Source: Armatimonadia bacterium
GTDB lineage: Bacteria; Armatimonadota; Zipacnadia; Zipacnadales; UBA11051
DNA: 22,069 bases
Direction: 5' to 3'
NCBI GenBank assembly: GCA_039683575.1
Contig: JBDKRC010000310.1
Coordinates: forward strand, 1-22,069
Position 1 is the stretch's first letter. Each line of letters begins with the position of its first letter. A program made the translations under genes and the position numbers. Below the pieces are notes generated by a model. The model saw nothing but the letters and a program-made list of their open reading frames with translations, did no database searches and was not told the DNA's origin. Shown here piece after piece: positions 17,064 through 22,069 of the stretch.

Positions 17064-18533
17064 ATGACAGGGGGTTTTCGCTTGAAAACTCGCTTCCTCA
17101 TCTGCCTGCTGCTCACCAGCTTCATCGCAACCACAGCCTTTGCCCAAAAGCCTGTCCGGGTCACCAAGCCCGGCACGGCTGCCGCGGCCAAACCTGCCAA
17201 GCCGGCTAAGCCTGCCCCAACCACCGCCGCCAAGCCCGCGGCCACGGCCAAGCCCGCCGCTACTGCGGCCAAACCTGCTGCCACGCCCCCTCCGCCTGCC
17301 GTGGCGTGGATCAACGGCGCTGCCATTCCCCCGCAGCAGCTCCATGCCCTCATTGCAGACCGCTATGCTGCCCAGATAATGCGCACCCTCATCAACGACC
17401 GCCTCGTCCGCCAGGAAGCCAACCGTCTCGGCCTCAAGGCGACCACCGAAGAGGTCGTCGCCCGCTTTGATGCCGAGCGCAAGAAGTCATCCAGCGAGCA
17501 GGCTTTCCAGCGCAAACTCCGCGCCGAGGGCCTGACAGGCCAGGCCATGCTCGACATCCTCACCACCGAGATCCTCCTCGACAAGCTCCTCGCCCGCCAG
17601 AACGAGGTCAAGGAAGAGACCGTCCGCAAATACTACGCCGAGCACAAGTCGGACTACGTCACCCCCGCCGAGGTCCACCTCTTCGCGATCGTCACCGACA
17701 CCATCGAGGACGCCTACCTCGTCCGCGAACGTCTCCTCTCCGGCGACAAGTTTGAGGACGTGGCCAAGGAACTCTCCAAGGACGCGAGCAAGGACAAGGG
17801 TGGCGACATGGGCTGGCTGCGCGCTGACGCTCTCGGCGACAAGGCCCTCGCCGACGTCCTGCTCACCATGGAACCCGGTGTAGTCAGCAGCCCCCTGCGC
17901 GCCGGCGCCAAGTTCTACGTCGCCCTGATCAAAGAGCGCCGTCCCGCACAGACTGTCAGCTTTGAGCAGGCTGAGAAGGGCATTCGCAAGCAGCTTCAGT
18001 CCGAAACCACCGTCTCCCGCGACGACTATCTCCGCTCTCTCGCCCGCAAGGCCAGTATCAAGGTCGATTGGGCTCCGGCCAAGTACCTCACCCAGGACTA
18101 CGCCCGCCTCAAGAACATCGCGGTCATTATCGACGGCGAGCCCCTGGAACTATCCACGCCGCCTGTGCGACTACCTAATGGCTCGATCATCGTCCCGGCC
18201 AAGCCCGTGCTGCAGGCCGTCGGCGCCCGTCTGGACTGGAGGGCTTCCGACCAGACCCTCACCGCCTCCACCCCGCTGGGCCGTGTGAAGATGTCGGTCG
18301 GCTCGTCCAAAGCCATCGTCGGCACGACCACGCTTGAGGCCAAGGACATGGGCCAGGCCCCAGTCATGCGCGACGGCACGCTCTACATCGCTCCCCGCGC
18401 CGCTTTGACGGCCCTGGGCGTTGACCTCGAGTGGAACGCCATCGAGAATGCGCTGATCCTCGAGACTATCGAAGACGGACTGCCCAGCCCGACAGTCCCG
18501 CCCAGCCGCAGCGGCCTCGACAAGCAGCCGTAG
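17064..18533 (+). CDS. Secreted SurA/PrsA-like parvulin (PpiC-type) protein with an Ala/Lys/Pro linker and a C-terminal copper-amine-oxidase-N-like (stalk) domain
   Basis: Signal peptide ending AFA-Q, AAKPA repeats, VAWING..I, FEDVAKELSKD.S..KGGDMGW and PG.VSSP. C-terminal P....G...VP...V..A.GA...W and APV..DG..Y..PR......LG....W. Alternative TTG start at 17082 follows AGGGGG. Confidence 0.82.
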   Translation: MTGGFRLKTRFLICLLLTSFIATTAFAQKPVRVTKPGTAAAAKPAKPAKPAPTTAAKPAATAKPAATAAKPAATPPPPAVAWINGAAIPPQQLHALIADRYAAQIMRTLINDRLVRQEANRLGLKATTEEVVARFDAERKKSSSEQAFQRKLRAEGLTGQAMLDILTTEILLDKLLARQNEVKEETVRKYYAEHKSDYVTPAEVHLFAIVTDTIEDAYLVRERLLSGDKFEDVAKELSKDASKDKGGDMGWLRADALGDKALADVLLTMEPGVVSSPLRAGAKFYVALIKERRPAQTVSFEQAEKGIRKQLQSETTVSRDDYLRSLARKASIKVDWAPAKYLTQDYARLKNIAVIIDGEPLELSTPPVRLPNGSIIVPAKPVLQAVGARLDWRASDQTLTASTPLGRVKMSVGSSKAIVGTTTLEAKDMGQAPVMRDGTLYIAPRAALTALGVDLEWNAIENALILETIEDGLPSPTVPPSRSGLDKQP

Positions 18534-18546
18534 GTAATCTGGCAAC

Positions 18547-19629
18547 ATGAGTGGTCAACACAAACGGCACGTCTGCCATGAGGACTTGGCGAGCACTCTC
18601 CTTGAATTGGCTCACGGGCCGATGCAGGAGAAAGTGCTCCGGCTGATAGCCACCGGCCGGTACGAGGCGGCTCAGAGTGCGTCAGACGAAGACCCACGTA
18701 TTGGCGACTTCGTGCTCGATGCTATAGACGAAGACTTCGGCGGACCTGACGAGCTACTCGGCGACGTGTCGGCCTTGTTTATGGCATGGCACTGTCATTG
18801 CATAGCACCCGGTGACTTCACGGGGCACCTTGGGCTGCTATTGTTTCTGCGTCAGAAACATTTTGGCTTCATGACGGATTTCTTTCGCGACCTACGAGCC
18901 CGTGTTGGTCGCGGTGAGGACCCCGCGCCGGGGGCAGACTGGGATACCTCAACAGTGTGGGACGATTACGTCCGTGAGGACGATGCTCTCTTGCAGTGGT
19001 GGCTTGACCGGCTTCGCGCGCTCTCTTTACCAACGGCGTATTGTCTCTTCCCGTATCTTCCGCAGGTCGTTGTACCCGTTCCGTATCAGACCCGCCCGGC
19101 CCGCGACCAGGGGCCATCTCAGAGCGAACTAGGAGCAATGCGCCGAGCGGGTCTGGTCCGCAAAGCATCTCTTCACCAAACGCTCGAGCAGCTACCTATG
19201 GCGGATCTGCGGTCTTTCATAAAGGACTGCGGTCTCAAGATTGCGGCTAGGAGGAAGGTGGATCTGATTGCGGGGCTGGCTGAATGCATCCCGCCGTCAG
19301 ATTTGGTCCAGCTCGCTGAGAAGCATCGCCTCCAACCCTCGTTCAATGTCGTTCTGGATGAGCCGCGCCGCACACATATAGCCCGCCTGCAGGACTTAGC
19401 CAGCCAAGAGGCGTTGCTGTGTGTGCGCTGGCTCATCACCTTCAAGAATAGCGTCTGGGCCATTAGGGAGGCCGTCCAGTCGAAAGGGAAGAACTACGTT
19501 CAGCCAGGCCCAGACACAGATTGCCCGCTTTGCCCCCGCAATGCTTGCCTGCTCGTCAAGGGCTCCACTCTGCCCCCATTCCACCCTGGGTGCAGATGCG
19601 AGTTGCGCGTCGAGTGGCCTGAGTACTGA
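18547..19629 (+). CDS. Hypothetical protein with a SAP-like motif and a C-terminal MuF-like CxxC...PPFHPGCRC motif
   Basis: 360-aa ORF that fills the gap between two genes. Contains LEQLPMADLRSFIKDCGLKIAARRKVDLIAGL and DCPLC...LPPFHPGCRC. Codon usage differs from its neighbours. Confidence 0.7.
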   Translation: MSGQHKRHVCHEDLASTLLELAHGPMQEKVLRLIATGRYEAAQSASDEDPRIGDFVLDAIDEDFGGPDELLGDVSALFMAWHCHCIAPGDFTGHLGLLLFLRQKHFGFMTDFFRDLRARVGRGEDPAPGADWDTSTVWDDYVREDDALLQWWLDRLRALSLPTAYCLFPYLPQVVVPVPYQTRPARDQGPSQSELGAMRRAGLVRKASLHQTLEQLPMADLRSFIKDCGLKIAARRKVDLIAGLAECIPPSDLVQLAEKHRLQPSFNVVLDEPRRTHIARLQDLASQEALLCVRWLITFKNSVWAIREAVQSKGKNYVQPGPDTDCPLCPRNACLLVKGSTLPPFHPGCRCELRVEWPEY

Positions 19630-19658
19630 CGCGGCACCCAGTCCACAGAGAGAGCCCG

Positions 19659-21086
19659 ATGAGCCCTTCCACCCCGCAGGTTGACCCCCTGCGCATCCTC
19701 CACGAGCATCCCGACGAGTGCGCCGCCCAGACCTGGACGCGCCCTCAACTCATCTTCATCTTCTCTTTCCTCGTCCTCCTCGTGGCGGCTCTCGTATACA
19801 ACCACCTCACCACCCTCCTCATCCTCAACGCTCTCGCCATCATCTTCTACCTCGCACACTCCTTCTACAAATTCTGGCTCATCTGGAGCTCTCTCGAGCG
19901 CCCCGTCGCCCTCGACTTCACCGCCGAGGAACTCGCCGCTCTCTCCGACGCCGACCTGCCCACCTACACCATCCTCGTCCCGCTCTACCGCGAGGCCCTC
20001 GTCCTGCCACGCCTCGTCCAGTACCTGTCCCGTCTCGACTACCCTATCGACAAGCTCGATATCCAGCTTCTCATGGAGGAAGACGACCAGCTAACCCAGG
20101 ACGCCTGCGCCGCCCTGACCCTCCCTCCGCAATTCCACCCGGTCGTCGTTCCGCACAGTCTCCCCAAAACCAAGCCCAAGGCCTGCAACTACGGTCTGTA
20201 TACCTCCACAGCGGACCTGCTCGTCATCTTCGACGCTGAAGACCGCCCCGAGCCCGACCAACTCCGCAAGGCCGTCGCCGCTTTCCGCGCCCTGCCCGAC
20301 CGGGTCGTGTGCCTGCAGGCCAAGCTCAACTTCTACAATCAGCGCCACAACCTGCTGACCCGCTGGTTCACGAGCGAGTACAGCGTCTGGTTCGATCTCT
20401 TCCTTCCGGGCCTAACCGGTTCCGGCTGGCCGATCCCCCTCGGCGGCACCTCGAACCACTTCAAGGTCCAGGCCCTCAAGGACGTCGGCGGCTGGGACCC
20501 CTTCAACGTCACCGAGGACTGCGACCTCGGCATGCGCCTGCACAAGCACGGTCTCGGCAGCGCCATGATCAACTCCACCACCTGGGAAGAGGCCAATGGC
20601 AACTTCCTGAGCTGGTTCCGCCAGCGCTCCCGCTGGGTCAAGGGCTACCTCCAGACCTACCTCGTCCACATGCGCCACCCGCTGCGGCTCGCCAGCCAGC
20701 TTGGCCCGGGAGCCTTCTTCTCTTTCCAGATGACCATCGGCGGCGCCGTCGCCTGTTTCCTGCTCAACCCGATCTACTGGCTCATGACCGCCGTCTGGTT
20801 CGCCACCCACTCGGCAACCATCGCTGCGCTCTTCCCACCCGTCATCTACGCTCTCGGCACCTTCTGCCTGCTGGTCGCCAACTTCGTCTTCATCTACATC
20901 ACGGTCATCGGCTGCCTCAACCGCGGCTACTATGACCTGGTGAAATACGCGGTGCTCACACCGCTCTACTGGCTGATGATGAGCTGGGGGGCCTACAAAG
21001 CCGCCGCCCAGCTAATCACCCGCCCTCACTACTGGGAAAAGACCGACCACGGCACAATGGGCGGCGCCACCGAAACCGGGGACTAA
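19659..21086 (+). CDS. Membrane GT2 glycosyltransferase, cellulose-synthase-like (TKPKA subgroup)
   Basis: LP.YTILVPLYRE, TKPKACNYGL, IFDAED, LGGTSNHF, FNVTEDCDLG, RQRSRW (QxxRW) and WEKT.HG. Two N-terminal and several C-terminal TM helices. Confidence 0.93.
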   Translation: MSPSTPQVDPLRILHEHPDECAAQTWTRPQLIFIFSFLVLLVAALVYNHLTTLLILNALAIIFYLAHSFYKFWLIWSSLERPVALDFTAEELAALSDADLPTYTILVPLYREALVLPRLVQYLSRLDYPIDKLDIQLLMEEDDQLTQDACAALTLPPQFHPVVVPHSLPKTKPKACNYGLYTSTADLLVIFDAEDRPEPDQLRKAVAAFRALPDRVVCLQAKLNFYNQRHNLLTRWFTSEYSVWFDLFLPGLTGSGWPIPLGGTSNHFKVQALKDVGGWDPFNVTEDCDLGMRLHKHGLGSAMINSTTWEEANGNFLSWFRQRSRWVKGYLQTYLVHMRHPLRLASQLGPGAFFSFQMTIGGAVACFLLNPIYWLMTAVWFATHSATIAALFPPVIYALGTFCLLVANFVFIYITVIGCLNRGYYDLVKYAVLTPLYWLMMSWGAYKAAAQLITRPHYWEKTDHGTMGGATETGD

Positions 21087-21111
21087 CCAGTAGCGCCCAG
21101 AAACTGGAACA

Positions 21112-21200
21112 GCGGAAATGGGGACTGACACCACTTTCGCAACCTGAGCTTCATCTCACACTAACCATCATGCGAAAATGGTGTCTGTCCCCATTTCCGC
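21112..21200. repeat. 30-bp inverted repeat element (GGGGACTGACACC / GGTGTCTGTCCCC core), REP/MITE-like
   Basis: Arms 21112-21141 and 21171-21200 match at 28/30 positions, with a 29-nt loop. Confidence 0.85.
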
Positions 21201-21334
21201 CCGCCGCCTATCAATAACCAAGCATTCAACATGGGCACGGAGCCTTCGCGCGCCACCGACGCTCCGCCAGAACCCGCCTCACAGGACTTCGCGCGGAGGC
21301 TCCGTCCCCATGTTGACCACCAAACAAGCGCACC

Positions 21335-22069
21335 ATGAAACCGAAACTAACCAACCTCCTCGCCTTCCTCCTCCCCGCCCTACTGGCCCTCTACGTCGGC
21401 CAGCTTGCTCTCGCGCGCCATCTGGTGGACTGGAACGCCCTCGCCGCCGCCGCCCATGCCTACGACGTCTTCCACCGCCTCCCGCAGGCCAACATGGCCC
21501 TCATCGGCTTCGTCCAACCGCCGCTACCCGCACTCGTCTACCTTCCCCTCTCCATCCTCGCCCCCGGCTGCCTCGCTTCGGGCTGCGCCGCCATGGTCGT
21601 TGGTGCCCTATTCATGGGCCTCTCGACCCTCCTGCTCTACCGTCTGGCGCACGACCTCAACCTCAGCCCCTTCATCGGCGCCGCGCTTGTAGCCATCTTT
21701 GCCCTGCATCCGCTCATCCTCAGCTACGCCGCCCTCGGCGCCCCCGCCATCATCCTGATCTTCACCTACCTGGGCCTCGCCCGCGCCATGATCGGCTGGC
21801 ACCGCACGGAAAGCGTCCGCGACCTCGTTGCCGCCGCTATCTACGCCGCCGCCGCCATCATAGTCGCCTACGAAGCCGCCATCCCGGTCCTCGCCGCCGC
21901 CCTGCTCATCCTCTCCTACTGTCGCCGCGGCCCGCGGACCGAAGCTTCCAAGGCCGAGGGCACCCTCATCGCCTTCCTGCTGCCCGCCGCCTACGTCGCC
22001 GCGGTATGGCTCCTGTGCAACTGGGTAATCATGGGCCACCCGCTCTATGTCTGGCGCGAAACCCTGGCC
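21335..22069 (+). CDS. Polytopic membrane protein, GT-C (PMT/GT39-like) type, 3'-truncated by the window edge
   Basis: Not in the ORF track because no stop is reached. My translation reads MKPKLTNLLAFLLPALLALY...AYDVFHRLPQANMALIGFVQPPLPALVYLP...LHPLILSYAALG...YEAAIP...W...NWVIMGHPLY. It is open for 245 codons with host-like codon usage, and an in-frame TGA at 21314 bounds the start. Confidence 0.8.
   Translation, partial: MKPKLTNLLAFLLPALLALYVGQLALARHLVDWNALAAAAHAYDVFHRLPQANMALIGFVQPPLPALVYLPLSILAPGCLASGCAAMVVGALFMGLSTLLLYRLAHDLNLSPFIGAALVAIFALHPLILSYAALGAPAIILIFTYLGLARAMIGWHRTESVRDLVAAAIYAAAAIIVAYEAAIPVLAAALLILSYCRRGPRTEASKAEGTLIAFLLPAAYVAAVWLLCNWVIMGHPLYVWRETLA

Noticed and set aside
17161-17300. 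Repeated GCCAAGCCCG units
   Set aside because: Explained by the coding AAKPA low-complexity linker.
18547-19629. Prophage
   Set aside because: Only one gene has a MuF-like motif. There is no portal, terminase, capsid, integrase or att site.
21405-22039. ORF-track calls 21405..21692 (+) and 21608..22039 (-)
   Set aside because: They are out-of-frame or antisense shadows of the real ORF, which starts at 21335 and runs off the window.

Overview
High-GC bacterial chromosomal window, almost entirely + strand genes. Lineage is inferred, not proven, to be Armatimonadota-like, based on the DUF1559/H-X9-DG prepilin-type gene and a terrabacterial yvcK-gap-pgk-tpi arrangement. Gene order: two tandem KimA/YdaO-type APC-fold transporter paralogs; yvcK/glmR; gap; a signal-peptide SagB-type nitroreductase; pgk; tpiA; a minus-strand DUF1559 prepilin-like gene; a MarR regulator with a Cys/His tail; an AAC(3)-family acetyltransferase fused to a degenerate TIM barrel; a cytidylate-kinase-like protein; an N-acyl-D-amino-acid deacylase; DUF72; a secreted parvulin/stalk-domain protein; a compositionally foreign orphan (SAP-like plus MuF-like Cys motif); a processive-type GT2; and a truncated GT-C-like membrane protein missing from the ORF track. 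Intergenic regions carry several REP/MITE-like palindrome families and clear sigma70 promoters. No rRNA, tRNA, CRISPR, transposase or integrase was seen. The best candidates for novelty are the four-Cys insertion in GAPDH, the MarR/acetyltransferase-TIM/D-aminoacylase cluster and the foreign SAP-MuF orphan. All family calls come from motif recognition by eye; no searches were run.
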